From positions 333,813 through 397,812 of the forward strand of contig CBDHCY010000005.1 in the NCBI GenBank assembly GCA_965261485.1: a DNA stretch of 64,000 nucleotides, given 5' to 3'. The translations under genes were made by a program, and so were the position numbers. This stretch comes from Leptospiria bacterium (GTDB taxonomy: Bacteria; Spirochaetota; Leptospiria; Turneriellales; CBDBES01). This document shows, one piece after another, positions 45,974 to 56,618 of the stretch (positions are counted from its first letter, which is position 1; the number at the start of each line of letters is the position of its first letter). Under the pieces are notes generated by a model that was given only the letters and a program-made list of their open reading frames with translations, did not search any database and was not told the DNA's origin.

Positions 45974-47881
45974 TTAAGGTATTAAAATTTCTCTAGGCTT
46001 TGAGCCAATTTGTGGTCCAACATAACCCCGTGCCTCGAAGGCTTCAATAAGTCTTGCAGCCTTATTATAGCCAATACGTAATCGTCGTTGAAGATAACTA
46101 GCTGAGGCTTTTCCACTTTCAAGTATGATCTCCCACGATTCTTTAAAAAGTCTTTCTTCTTCAACCCCTAACTTTGAACCTTTTTCTTTTTCATCTTCTA
46201 ATATAATATAATTAGGCTTTGCGAAATGAATTACCGTATCAACCACACGCTCCACTTCACTGTCTTTTATTAAGGGAGCCTGTACCCTGATTAATTGCCC
46301 TTGAGTGGGGTGTTTGAAAAGTGAATCTCCCTGACCTAGTAATTGTTCGGCTCCATTTGAATCTAAAATAGTACGAGAGTCTGTTTTTTGAGCGACTTGA
46401 AGAGCTATTCGTGCTGGGCAATTAGCTTTAATAAGGGCGGTAATTACATCAACAGAAGGGCGTTGAGTGGCCAGAATTAAGTGAATTCCAACAGCTCTGG
46501 CCTTTTGAGAAAGTCTAATAATTGAAGATTCAACTTCTTTGCCCGCAATCATCATTAAATCGCCCAACTCATCCACTAAAATTATAATATAAGGCATATG
46601 CAATTTAGATATTTCATCTTCAGAAAGTGAGCTTTCTTGAATTTTATCGTTATAACTATTAATATCACGAACACGAACTTCAGCAAGATCTTCATATCGC
46701 CTTTCCATCTCTTCAACCGCCCAGTTCAAAGCTGCAATAGATTTTTTGGAATCAGTGATGACAGGATGTAAAAGATGTGGAATATCATTATATTGAGACA
46801 ACTCAACCAATTTAGGGTCAATCATGATAAAACGAATCTCTTTAGGAGTCTTATTTATAATAAAATTAATGATGAAAGAATTTATAGATACTGATTTTCC
46901 AGCTCCAGTTGCTCCTGCAATCAAGAGATGTGGTAATTTTGTCAGGTCAGCAATAACAAGGTTTCCAGCGATATCTTTTCCTATAGGTAGAGGTAGCTTT
47001 CCATCAAAATCTTGAAAGCTCTCAGCACGAAGTATGCCTCCTAAAAGTACTTTAATTCGTTTTTTATTAGGAATTTCAACTCCAACGGTTGAACGTCCGG
47101 GAATAGGAGCCTCAATACGCACTCGTAAAGCCTCAAGAGCCATGGCAAGCTCATCTGTTAAACTTAATATTTTACTGACTTTAATACCTGGAGCAATTTT
47201 AAGTTCAAACCGAGTGATGATTGGACCTCGTTGAATTCCAACAACCTTACCATCTACATTAAACTGTTGAAGTGTTTCTTCAAGAATAGTAATAATTTTT
47301 TTAATCTCTTCAGGGTTATTATAGGGATATACCTGTTCTTCCTCATCAAGTAGATCAGTGCTAATATTATATGGTACGTTACAAAAAACTTTAGGAGTAA
47401 TCGATGCTACTTCATCAAATTTTAATGAATGTTTTCTTCTATTAGAGGTTAAAGGAGAAGGAGCTGAATTAGTAGACTCTTCTTGGAATTTTGCCAACTC
47501 ATTAGCGGGAGGAGTGTGATTCTGTGATTGTTTTATCTCTAGTTTTGTTGATTTATTTTTATTAGATATGTCAATATTATGATGAGTTTTTAAGTTTGAA
47601 ATTACTTGTTGCTTATTTAATGAATTCTCAGAAGCCTCTATTTCTATTTTTTCTTCTTTTGTTGGATGTCCCGAATTTGTCTCAGTTTGAAATTGAAAAA
47701 ACAAGGTTTTATCTTCTTCTATCGCCACCTCATTAATCTTTTTTTGACTAAGACTCAATGGATCTCTTTTTGTAACATCTTGAATTTCTTGTTTTGTATA
47801 AATAGGTATCTCTTCTTTAACTAGAGTGCACTGAGCTTTTTCTTTGTGATTTGTCTTCGAGATTTTTTTTGTTAAATTCAT
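45974..47881 (-). CDS. ftsK: FtsK/SpoIIIE-family DNA translocase (no N-terminal membrane domain in this ORF)
   Basis: HLLIAGATGAGKS (Walker A), IILVDELGDLMM (Walker B), ATQRPSVDVIT, and a C-terminal winged-helix gamma domain (ASASYLQRRLRIGYNKAARLIE). Confidence 0.85.
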   Translation of the reverse strand: MNLTKKISKTNHKEKAQCTLVKEEIPIYTKQEIQDVTKRDPLSLSQKKINEVAIEEDKTLFFQFQTETNSGHPTKEEKIEIEASENSLNKQQVISNLKTHHNIDISNKNKSTKLEIKQSQNHTPPANELAKFQEESTNSAPSPLTSNRRKHSLKFDEVASITPKVFCNVPYNISTDLLDEEEQVYPYNNPEEIKKIITILEETLQQFNVDGKVVGIQRGPIITRFELKIAPGIKVSKILSLTDELAMALEALRVRIEAPIPGRSTVGVEIPNKKRIKVLLGGILRAESFQDFDGKLPLPIGKDIAGNLVIADLTKLPHLLIAGATGAGKSVSINSFIINFIINKTPKEIRFIMIDPKLVELSQYNDIPHLLHPVITDSKKSIAALNWAVEEMERRYEDLAEVRVRDINSYNDKIQESSLSEDEISKLHMPYIIILVDELGDLMMIAGKEVESSIIRLSQKARAVGIHLILATQRPSVDVITALIKANCPARIALQVAQKTDSRTILDSNGAEQLLGQGDSLFKHPTQGQLIRVQAPLIKDSEVERVVDTVIHFAKPNYIILEDEKEKGSKLGVEEERLFKESWEIILESGKASASYLQRRLRIGYNKAARLIEAFEARGYVGPQIGSKPREILIP

Positions 47882-48326
47882 TAACTGATGCGAAAAAAAT
47901 AAATTTTTTGAAGAAATAAATGGAGAAGAGAACTCCTCTTTATTTATTTCTAAAATTGTTTGTTCTTGTTTTATATTTTTTTCTTGATCAGCTATACTTT
48001 GAATTTCTTGCCACTCAAAAGGTGATATTTTTTGAAAAAATGGAGGCGGAGACGAGGTATTCTTAATAGAATACCCCCTTATTTAGTAATCTCTGCCATA
48101 AGACTATAAAATTAAAAATGACTGTAAAATTTTTTTTTTTTTGATTTTTTATTTTTTAAAAAAAAATTTGAATAATTATTCATGTACTCAATTAAATTCG
48201 GTAAATTTTAATAATTGAATAGCATAAAAAGATTGACAAGTTTAGAATATTTAAATTCTTTGAAGAGATGGTGTTTAGATACCCAGATGAAGCAATGGTT
48301 CATTCTTTTCTATTATAGAATATTGT

Positions 48327-50051
48327 ATGTTTTACTTTAATATTATTCAATCTCTAGTTGTTTTTTTATTTTTCAATTCCCTGATATTTGCTCAGATAAC
48401 CCCTACCTATAATTATAAAGAAACTGTTCATCCGATTTTAGCTAAAAAGGGTATGGTTTCAACTCAAAACAAATTAGCGACTTACGTAGGTCTAAATATA
48501 CTCAAAAAAGGTGGGAATGCCATCGATGCAGCCGTTGGAGTTGGTTTTGCACTTGCCGTAACTTTACCTAGGGCTGGAAATTTAGGAGGAGGTGGGTTTA
48601 TGTTGGTTTATCTAGCCTCTAAAAAAAAGGTAATTACGATTGATTATCGGGAAAAAGCTCCTCTAAAAGCAACACGTGATATGTTTCTTGACAAAAAAGG
48701 AAAGCCTGATTCCGTAAAATCAAGACATAGCTATTCAGCAGTAGGGGTACCGGGTACAGTTGCTGGGCTTACTTTAGCTTTAAAAAAATATGGGACAATG
48801 AGTCTTAAAGAAGTTATAAAACCAGCCATTCAGTTAGCTAAATTTGGTTTTCCTGTTGACTATGACCTTGCACAATCTTTGCGTTCAGTCTCTAAAGAAA
48901 TGAAGAAGTATCCAGCAAGCAGAGCTATTTTTTTCAAAAAGAATGGTAAGCCATACAGTAAAGGAGAAATTTTAGTACAAAAATCACTCGCCTCCACATT
49001 GACAAAAATCAGTAAAAAAGGAGCTTTTGCTTTTTATGAAGGTCTAATCGCTCATCTGATCTTATTAAATATGAGACAAAATGGTGGTTTAATTAGTCTT
49101 GAAGATCTAAAATACTATCAACCTATAATTAGAAAAGCAGTATCTGGTAATTATCGTGGTTATGAGGTGTTTTCAATGCCACCTCCCAGTTCAGGTGGAA
49201 TCCATCTTATACAGATGCTTAATATTTTAGAAGGTTATGATCTAGCTTCAATGAAGCATAATTCAGCTAAGAGTATTCATCTTCTTAGTGAAGTTATGAA
49301 AAGAGCTTATGCTGATCGATTTAAATACTTGGGTGATAGTGACTTTGTTCAAGTACCAATGAAAGAATTAATTTCAAAAAAATATGCAGAGAAATTACGA
49401 CTAAAAATTAATTTAAATCAGATAACCCCATCCAAGGTCGTTTTTCCTGGTAAACCGCATCAATTAAACGAAGGAAGAGAAACAACTCATTTTTCAATTG
49501 TTGATCGATACGGTAATGCTGTCTCCAATACCTATACTCTCAATTTTAGTTATGGGATGAAAGCAGTTGTTCGAGGAACTGGTATTTTACTAAATAATCA
49601 GATGGATGATTTTACGGCTAAAGTAAATGCAGCAAATGCTTATGGTTTGATAGGTGGTGATAAAAATTCGATTGAGCCTCAAAAAAGAATGCTTTCTTCA
49701 ATGAGTCCTACAATTGTGCTTAAAAATGGATCTTTCTTTTTAGCTACAGGCTCTCCTGGAGGTAGTCGAATTATTACAACTGTTTTACAGATACTTTTAA
49801 ATGTTATTGACCACAATATGAATATTGCTGAGGCCACTTATGCTACACGGGTGCATCATCAATGGTTTCCTGATATTTTGATGTTTGAAAAAAATTCGAG
49901 TTTTGATACAATGGAAATTTTAAGGCAAAAAGGCCATTCAATTAAAATAATCCATGGGATGGGAAGTAGTCAAAGTATTTTAAGAAATAATAATTTTCTG
50001 CAAGGAAGCTCTGATCTCAGAAAACCAGGTGCCCTTACTTTAGGGTATTAG
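48327..50051 (+). CDS. ggt: gamma-glutamyltransferase
   Basis: Signal peptide, GGNAIDAAV, LGGGGFML, catalytic ETTHFSIVD (autocleavage Thr), GSPGGSRII. Confidence 0.9.
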   Translation: MFYFNIIQSLVVFLFFNSLIFAQITPTYNYKETVHPILAKKGMVSTQNKLATYVGLNILKKGGNAIDAAVGVGFALAVTLPRAGNLGGGGFMLVYLASKKKVITIDYREKAPLKATRDMFLDKKGKPDSVKSRHSYSAVGVPGTVAGLTLALKKYGTMSLKEVIKPAIQLAKFGFPVDYDLAQSLRSVSKEMKKYPASRAIFFKKNGKPYSKGEILVQKSLASTLTKISKKGAFAFYEGLIAHLILLNMRQNGGLISLEDLKYYQPIIRKAVSGNYRGYEVFSMPPPSSGGIHLIQMLNILEGYDLASMKHNSAKSIHLLSEVMKRAYADRFKYLGDSDFVQVPMKELISKKYAEKLRLKINLNQITPSKVVFPGKPHQLNEGRETTHFSIVDRYGNAVSNTYTLNFSYGMKAVVRGTGILLNNQMDDFTAKVNAANAYGLIGGDKNSIEPQKRMLSSMSPTIVLKNGSFFLATGSPGGSRIITTVLQILLNVIDHNMNIAEATYATRVHHQWFPDILMFEKNSSFDTMEILRQKGHSIKIIHGMGSSQSILRNNNFLQGSSDLRKPGALTLGY

Positions 50052-51483
50052 TGAATAATTTTTTTAGTAAATAAATAAATTTGTTTTTATTTGTTTGTTG
50101 GCTGCGGGACACTTGAGCGGGGTAATCATTACTGAAATTATTATGCGATGATCTTGTTGCAGGTTTTTTAATTTTATGTGGGCTTGGGCTTGCTTTTGTT
50201 CTGTTTATCTCTTTCTTTTTGTAATTTCGTTCCGAAGTTGTTTTTACGGCCTGATTTTTGTTTATATTTTTGTCTGAGTGATAATATTGATTTGACCTAA
50301 TATTTCTTCTAATTGAATTAAGTTGGCTAATTATGGTTGGGTCGGGCTCTGCAATAGGTATTTTATAAGAGAGATAACTTTCAATTCTTTCTAGTGAGCT
50401 ATAGTCCCTTTCAGAACAAATAATCAAGCTGCTCCCTGTGTTGCCCGCTCTGGCTGTGCGTCCAATACGATGAACATAGCTTTCTGGATCTTGAGGCACA
50501 TCATAATTAATTATCTTAGTAATATTATCCACATGAATACCTCTACTTGCTAAATCAGTCGCCACTAATAGATTAAATTTATTTTTTTTAAAATCTTCAA
50601 GTATATTGAAGCGTCGTCCTTGACTAATGACTGATGAAAGGCCTTTTGCAATAATTCCATATCTTGTAAGTGCATTGGCAAGAATATCTACCATATCTCG
50701 AGTGTTCGTGAAAATAATCATAGACTCTTCTTTAAGAGTATTACAGTAATTTAATGTATAGGCTAATTTCTCATCGCTGCCCAGATGAAGAACTTCCTGA
50801 GAAACTTTATCTCTATCAATTGATTCAGGGTTGATGAGAATTTCTTTGGGTTCATTCATGTAAGACCATATTGAATAAAATACAGTATAATCCATAGTGG
50901 CTGACCATAGAGAAATATTTTCAATTTGTTCCATTGAAGATAATATATACTTGACATCATCAATAAATCCCATATCAAGCATTCTATCTGCTTCATCTAA
51001 AACGATGTATTTTACCTTTTCAAGAAACAGCTCTTTTGATTTGAAGAAATCTAGAAGACGACCCGGAGTTGCTACTAGAAGATCGGCACCATTTTGTACT
51101 TCTTTTCTTTGTTTTTCGTAATCTTTTCCACCATAGGCATTTGCTAAGCTTATATTTAAATTTTTTGAAAAATAAACTGCTTCGTTATAAATTTGTACGG
51201 CAAGTTCTCGTGTAGGTACTAAAATAAGGCTTCGAATAATTTTTTTAGGGCACGCATTCACTTCTTCTGAAAGAAGGTTAATTAGAGGTAGAACGAAAGC
51301 AAGAGTTTTTCCTGAGCCCGTTTTAGCACATGCAATCAAATCTTGTTTTTTTAAAATTATAGGTATTGTTTTTTCTTGAATAGGTGTACTTTTATCTAAA
51401 CCTCTCTCATCTAATTGTTTTAAAATAGTTTGTTTAAGCTGAAAATCTGAAAAATTCATATTATCAATAAGATTAATAGTCAA
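50035..51483 (-). CDS. DEAD-box ATP-dependent RNA helicase
   Basis: Q-motif region, AKTGSGKT, PTRELA, DEAD, SAT, and HRIGRTARAG. Has a basic C-terminal tail. Confidence 0.9.
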   Translation of the reverse strand: MTINLIDNMNFSDFQLKQTILKQLDERGLDKSTPIQEKTIPIILKKQDLIACAKTGSGKTLAFVLPLINLLSEEVNACPKKIIRSLILVPTRELAVQIYNEAVYFSKNLNISLANAYGGKDYEKQRKEVQNGADLLVATPGRLLDFFKSKELFLEKVKYIVLDEADRMLDMGFIDDVKYILSSMEQIENISLWSATMDYTVFYSIWSYMNEPKEILINPESIDRDKVSQEVLHLGSDEKLAYTLNYCNTLKEESMIIFTNTRDMVDILANALTRYGIIAKGLSSVISQGRRFNILEDFKKNKFNLLVATDLASRGIHVDNITKIINYDVPQDPESYVHRIGRTARAGNTGSSLIICSERDYSSLERIESYLSYKIPIAEPDPTIISQLNSIRRNIRSNQYYHSDKNINKNQAVKTTSERNYKKKEINRTKASPSPHKIKKPATRSSHNNFSNDYPAQVSRSQQTNKNKFIYLLKKLFTNTLK

Positions 51484-52051
51484 GAGTTGGTAAGCTTTTT
51501 AGAAAAACTTTGATATCATCTTTTATCTTATCATCATTATCTTTTTTTGGTAAGGGCAAAGATCTTTTACTGATGGGAGACTGAATATTTGAAAAGTATT
51601 TATTTTGATTTGACTCTGGTTCTGTTGTTATAGGCAAAGTGGTGGTATTAGTTAATTTTGAAAAAGTTTGAGTAATTTGTGGAGAGAAAGTTTGTTGTGC
51701 TCTAGTTTGTTCGAAAGTCTTTGTCTCTTTTGGAGTAATTGCTTGCTCTAACAACCTAGGTAAATATTGTTCTTCATGATTATCAAAATCAAAAAGTCTT
51801 TCATCATTAGCGTATAATTCTTGGTCATCATTAATCTTTTTCAAGCCGTGTGGTGGATTTTCAATTTTTAATTCCATCAGTTTTATGCGTTCATTGAGTA
51901 GATTATTAATTTGTAGTTCAAGAGATATACGGATTGTATCTGAATAAGCCCTATTATTTATAAGTACTTCTTCTAATTTACGTAACTCATTGACATCACG
52001 GTCAATCAGCTCAAGGTGTTTAATTATATGTACTAATTTAATGGAAGACAC
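51473..52051 (-). CDS. hypothetical coiled-coil protein
   Basis: 192 aa with a helical N-terminal half and a low-complexity C-terminal half. The stop overlaps the helicase start. Confidence 0.3.
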   Translation of the reverse strand: MSSIKLVHIIKHLELIDRDVNELRKLEEVLINNRAYSDTIRISLELQINNLLNERIKLMELKIENPPHGLKKINDDQELYANDERLFDFDNHEEQYLPRLLEQAITPKETKTFEQTRAQQTFSPQITQTFSKLTNTTTLPITTEPESNQNKYFSNIQSPISKRSLPLPKKDNDDKIKDDIKVFLKSLPTLDY

Positions 52052-52307
52052 AAGAATACTTTATTTCATCATCAATAATTCTAGGGTTAGATGTCAAGCC
52101 CATTTTCATTTAGTTATTAAGTAATCGTTTAACCTTGAATAATAGTACACTTGGTTAGAAATTTTATATTCAAAAGAGATTTTATATATTAATTTTAGCA
52201 TATTTTGCTTGATATCACAATGGATATAGACAAAATTTTTAAAATTGAAACCTATAAAATTTTGGAAATGTAGGTTTAGTGTTTTCTAAAAATAAAAAAA
52301 AATATTA

Positions 52308-53060
52308 TTAGAAAATAGTATGTCCGTATATAGGTAAAAAATCTTGTATTTCAACTTGCATATTTTTAATATTATTTTCTTTTAAGAATATTGGAATAAA
52401 TTTTTTTTTTACTTTAAATTTTTTTTCAAGACTTAGTTCTTTTATTTTAGAAGAGTTTTTAAATATTTCAGAAATTGCACGATTTCTTTCAATTATTTTA
52501 TTTTGATTATTTTTTTTAACCGTGCGTTTTTGCCAAGGTTCTTGCCACAAAAAAATTTCTTTATTAATATTTTTTTCTGAAAATTCAATGAGTTGGTGGG
52601 TCGTCATTACCGTAAAAGAGCCTGTTTTTGACTCTCCTGTGTCAACGTAGTATAAATTTTGATTTACTCTTAAGGCAAATAGAGCTTTATTTTTTATATC
52701 AAAAAATTCACGCCAAAATAAAAGCGATGGAAAGTGAATAGTCTTGCTTTCCCATAATAAAGCCAAAGTGGCACAGGTTGTATGAGCAACCCTCAAAGAA
52801 GTAAAAAAACCAGGTCCTTTGCCTAGTACAATATAGTTAAATCGTTTAGATTTTTCTTTGATTAATAAATATCGAATTAATTCAGATAACCATTGATCTC
52901 CATTTAATGATAGAGTATTTTGAGCTTTTCCAAATATTTTTTGTTCTGCCAATGAAATTAAAATTTCAGATTTTTTAGACCAAGAATTATTTTTGTTATC
53001 AAAATAAGCCGCATAGCTAAATAAAGTTGAAGCTTCTAATAACAAAAGATTTTCTGCCAT
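52308..53060 (-). CDS. tsaB: tRNA threonylcarbamoyladenosine biosynthesis protein TsaB-like (YeaZ family)
   Basis: LLLEAST... N-terminus and VLGKGPGFFTSLRVAHTTCATLAL, which resembles the GPGSFTGLRIG motif. Lies next to tsaE. Confidence 0.5.
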   Translation of the reverse strand: MAENLLLLEASTLFSYAAYFDNKNNSWSKKSEILISLAEQKIFGKAQNTLSLNGDQWLSELIRYLLIKEKSKRFNYIVLGKGPGFFTSLRVAHTTCATLALLWESKTIHFPSLLFWREFFDIKNKALFALRVNQNLYYVDTGESKTGSFTVMTTHQLIEFSEKNINKEIFLWQEPWQKRTVKKNNQNKIIERNRAISEIFKNSSKIKELSLEKKFKVKKKFIPIFLKENNIKNMQVEIQDFLPIYGHTIF

Positions 53061-53315
53061 ATTATTCTAAAATTTAAATTTTATATTATGATTAACAAAA
53101 GGTATTACCAACATACTCTAAACTTTAGTGTACACACAGGGCTGATGTTTACAGCTGAGAAGTAAACATTTAATTTATAAATAAATTGAAGATCAAAAAA
53201 AGAAAAGTGATGATTAATGTTTAATTATTAAATCGAGACTGTAAGTATTTTTAGTTTATAGCTAAAAATTTTCTATATTTCATCAAACCTTATTATCCCC
53301 CCAAAAAATATAAAA

Positions 53316-53798
53316 TTATTTATTACGATTACTATTAATTTCAACAATTCGTTGCATTTCATGGGCACCATATGTAAAAAGAAGATGTTGAATTGTTGCT
53401 CCCAGCTGTCCTGCAAGTTTACTCCAATTAACATTAAATAGGTTAGGCCATTCAATTAAACAAATATAATTTTCTTCTTGAATATCAAATAATTCTTCTA
53501 GTTGAGGTTCTTTACTTGATTTCAATCTATAAAGGTCAATATGATAAATCTTAACGTCTCCCGATGTTGAATTGTTCAATTGATATATATTTAATAAATT
53601 AAAGGTAGGTGAGGTCACAAATTCTTTTACTCCCAAGTGTTTACAAAAATATTGAACAAAAGTTGTTTTACCTCCTCCCAACTCTCCTTCCAAAAGAATA
53701 ATAACAGGAAGTGATAACTTTTTAAAAAAAGAATCTACTAATTTACCCATATTCTCAGGACTATCTAACACCCAGAGACTTTTTGAATTTTGTTTCAA
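53316..53798 (-). CDS. tsaE: tRNA threonylcarbamoyladenosine biosynthesis ATPase TsaE (YjeE)
   Basis: LEGELGGGKTTFVQ (P-loop), VTSPTFNLLNIY, and HIDLYRL motifs. Confidence 0.8.
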   Translation of the reverse strand: MKQNSKSLWVLDSPENMGKLVDSFFKKLSLPVIILLEGELGGGKTTFVQYFCKHLGVKEFVTSPTFNLLNIYQLNNSTSGDVKIYHIDLYRLKSSKEPQLEELFDIQEENYICLIEWPNLFNVNWSKLAGQLGATIQHLLFTYGAHEMQRIVEINSNRNK

Positions 53799-53897
53799 GT
53801 ATCTTATAATAATTTGTTAAAATTATATAAAATTCTAATTATCATTATTTGTGAGTAAATGTACTATTATTAGTGCAGAACAAATAATAGAGGTGAT

Positions 53898-54887
53898 TCA
53901 TAATGATTGATTTTTTAAATATTGTGCGTACTCTTTAGCAAAGTAGCTAATAATGGCATCAGCACCAGCTCTCTTTATAGAACAAAGAGTTTCTTCTATC
54001 GCTTCTTTTGGTTGAAGCAAACCACTATCAATCGCTAATTTGAGCATAGCGTATTCCCCGCTCACATGATAGCCAATAATTGGTATTGTGAAATTTGTTT
54101 TTAATAGATGAATAATATCTAGATAATGAAGAGCAGGTTTTACCATAAGAAAATCTGCTCCTTCTTCATAATCTAGTTTTGCTTCGACGAGTGCTTCTTT
54201 TTGATTATATGGTGACATTTGATATGTTCTCTTATCCCCTTTTAAAGGAGTGGAGTCAAGAGCTTTACGAAATGGACCATAAAAAGAACTTGCATATTTC
54301 ACTGAATACGACATAATTCCTATATTCTTAAATCCATTTTTATCGAGTTCAGTGCGAAGATATTGTACGCGGCCGTCCATCATATCAGAAGGAGCTAAAA
54401 TATCAGAACCAGCCCTTGCTTGTGCTAGTGACATTTTGGCTAATATCGGTAAAGTTTCATCATTAAGTATTTCATTATTTTTAACAAGGCCGTCATGCCC
54501 ATCTGAGCTATAGGGGTCCATTGCAACATCAGTAATAATACATATTTCTGGAAATTTTTGTTTGAAAAGATGAATCGCTTGAATATAAAAATTATTTTCA
54601 GTATAACTATAACTAGCTTGAGAATCTTTAAATTTATTAGCTACTATTGGAAATAAAATAAAAGAATAAATATTATTTTTCATACAATTTTCAATTTCTT
54701 TTATCGCCATGTCAGCGGAGAATTTATATTGATTAGGCATTGAGTTTATTGGTCTTTTTATTTTATTACCGTCTAGTAAGAAAATAGGAGATATTAAATC
54801 TTGAGGTAACAGAGTCGTTTCTTCTGTCATTCGGCGGATTGATTTTAATCTTCGATTGCGACGTGGCCTACGCAACATTAGTGACAA
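53898..54887 (-). CDS. hemB: porphobilinogen synthase (delta-aminolevulinate dehydratase)
   Basis: RPRRNRR N-terminus, DVAMDPYSSDGHDG, SDMMDGRV, SYSVKYASSFYGPFR, and the active-site Lys context MVKPA. Confidence 0.9.
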   Translation of the reverse strand: MSLMLRRPRRNRRLKSIRRMTEETTLLPQDLISPIFLLDGNKIKRPINSMPNQYKFSADMAIKEIENCMKNNIYSFILFPIVANKFKDSQASYSYTENNFYIQAIHLFKQKFPEICIITDVAMDPYSSDGHDGLVKNNEILNDETLPILAKMSLAQARAGSDILAPSDMMDGRVQYLRTELDKNGFKNIGIMSYSVKYASSFYGPFRKALDSTPLKGDKRTYQMSPYNQKEALVEAKLDYEEGADFLMVKPALHYLDIIHLLKTNFTIPIIGYHVSGEYAMLKLAIDSGLLQPKEAIEETLCSIKRAGADAIISYFAKEYAQYLKNQSL

Positions 54888-55046
54888 TTCAGTTTGATTT
54901 AGTGAGAAGGCAAGTAATTAATTTTATATATGAATCTCATCAATGTCTTTTGTGTCACATATCAAAATAATAAATTTATATAATTTATTATTAGAAAGAG
55001 ATCACGATTACGCTTCGTCTATTTTTGTATTACTTTTATTAACTAT

Positions 55047-56618
55047 TTATTGCATAAATAATCCTGATAAAAGTCCTAATGTTATTGTGATCGTTACAAG
55101 TAAAGTTACTGAAACCCAAGAAGCAAAATCAAACAATTGCACCTTCTTTTTAGAAGAATCGGTATCATCTGATTTAAACCAATAGGAGTAAAAGAAAATA
55201 CGCATGTAATAACAAATTGCAATAAGACTGTTCACACTCACTAATATGGCTACTATATGCATTTTAGCATTTATTAATATTTTTAAAATATAAAATTTCC
55301 CATAGAAACCAACGAGAGGGGGTATGCCAGCAAAAGAAAACATAGAAATTGATAATAAAAATGCCACATAAGGTCGTCTTTCAAAAAGCCCTTTAAGGGT
55401 ATTTAAATTAATAACTTTTCTTTGATTTTTAGATGTTTGTTCTGATAATTCTAAGAAAGATATTACACCAAAGCTTAATGTTGAGCTAATTGCATAACCA
55501 ACCACGTAGAATAATAAAATAGTCGAGGCCTCGTCAGCATATTCTTTTAAGAAAGCTAAGGGAAATAAAGAGGCCATATAGCCCGTATGAGCAATTGAAG
55601 AGTAGGCTAAGAGACGTTTGATATTTTGCTGTGTTAAAGCTGTAATATTTCCATAAAACATGGAAGCAACTGACAGGGTTATTAATATTAAAGAAATAGG
55701 TGATTTAATTATCGATGGATCTACTGGAAGAGAAAATACAAAAATTTTCAATAATTTAAAAATAACACCAATTGAGGCAATTTTTATGAGAGCTGCCATG
55801 AAGGTAGTAACAATTGTAATACTTCCTTCATAAACATCAGCTACCCATGCATGTGAAGGGAATAAGGCAATTTTAAAGGCAAGACCAAAAATTAAAAGAA
55901 GAAAACCAGCTCTTAAATAATTTATATTATTTAGTAAATTTTCTTGTTCAAAGTACTGAGAAATTGCAGTAAAGTTAATACTTCCACAAGCCCCATAGAT
56001 AAAAGCAATACCTAGAAGAATAAAGGCAATAGAGAAGGAACTCAGTAAAAAGTATTTGATTCCAGCTTCATTACAAGATTTCATTTTTCGATCCCAGCCT
56101 GCCAGAACAAAAATTGGAAGTGATGAGAGTTCCAAAGAAATAAAAAAAATAATTAAATTATTTGAGCAAATAAATAAAATCAAACCAGATATGCTAAAGA
56201 GCATCATTTGGTAAGCTTCTACTAAATTAAGCTTAAGCTGTGACAATACTTTTCGAGCCATGAGTAAGATTAACAAGGAGACAGAGACTATTGCAAATGC
56301 ATAAAGAGCTTGCTCTCTTCCCCAGCTGATTTGTCCACCAAAGGCTGTAATCTCGGTGGAAGAGGCTGAAATAATCATGTTTGAAAAAGATGACAGAAAA
56401 ATAATAAAGTCGTTTGAAAGTATATTTTCAAACCATCCGAGACTCAAAGTGATTATGAAAAGATTAAGAGATAAAAAGAATAATGAAAGCCAATAGCTGA
56501 TGGAAGAGCGATATTTTGGTAAACTGACTTGAAGTAGTAGAATACACAATGCTCCAATACAAGGAATTATTGCTGGCAATAAAGTAAAGAAGTCACTACT
56601 AGTAATTAATAAGTTCAT
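55047..56618 (-). CDS. nuoN: NADH-quinone oxidoreductase subunit N
   Basis: Polytopic antiporter-like subunit, last gene of the nuo block. Its start overlaps the nuoM stop by 4 nt. Confidence 0.8.
   Translation of the reverse strand: MNLLITSSDFFTLLPAIIPCIGALCILLLQVSLPKYRSSISYWLSLFFLSLNLFIITLSLGWFENILSNDFIIFLSSFSNMIISASSTEITAFGGQISWGREQALYAFAIVSVSLLILLMARKVLSQLKLNLVEAYQMMLFSISGLILFICSNNLIIFFISLELSSLPIFVLAGWDRKMKSCNEAGIKYFLLSSFSIAFILLGIAFIYGACGSINFTAISQYFEQENLLNNINYLRAGFLLLIFGLAFKIALFPSHAWVADVYEGSITIVTTFMAALIKIASIGVIFKLLKIFVFSLPVDPSIIKSPISLILITLSVASMFYGNITALTQQNIKRLLAYSSIAHTGYMASLFPLAFLKEYADEASTILLFYVVGYAISSTLSFGVISFLELSEQTSKNQRKVINLNTLKGLFERRPYVAFLLSISMFSFAGIPPLVGFYGKFYILKILINAKMHIVAILVSVNSLIAICYYMRIFFYSYWFKSDDTDSSKKKVQLFDFASWVSVTLLVTITITLGLLSGLFMQ

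Noticed and set aside
53273-55185. Small ORFs 53273-53455(-) and 54943-55185(+)
   Set aside because: They overlap tsaE and nuoN respectively, in other frames or on the other strand. No supporting signals.
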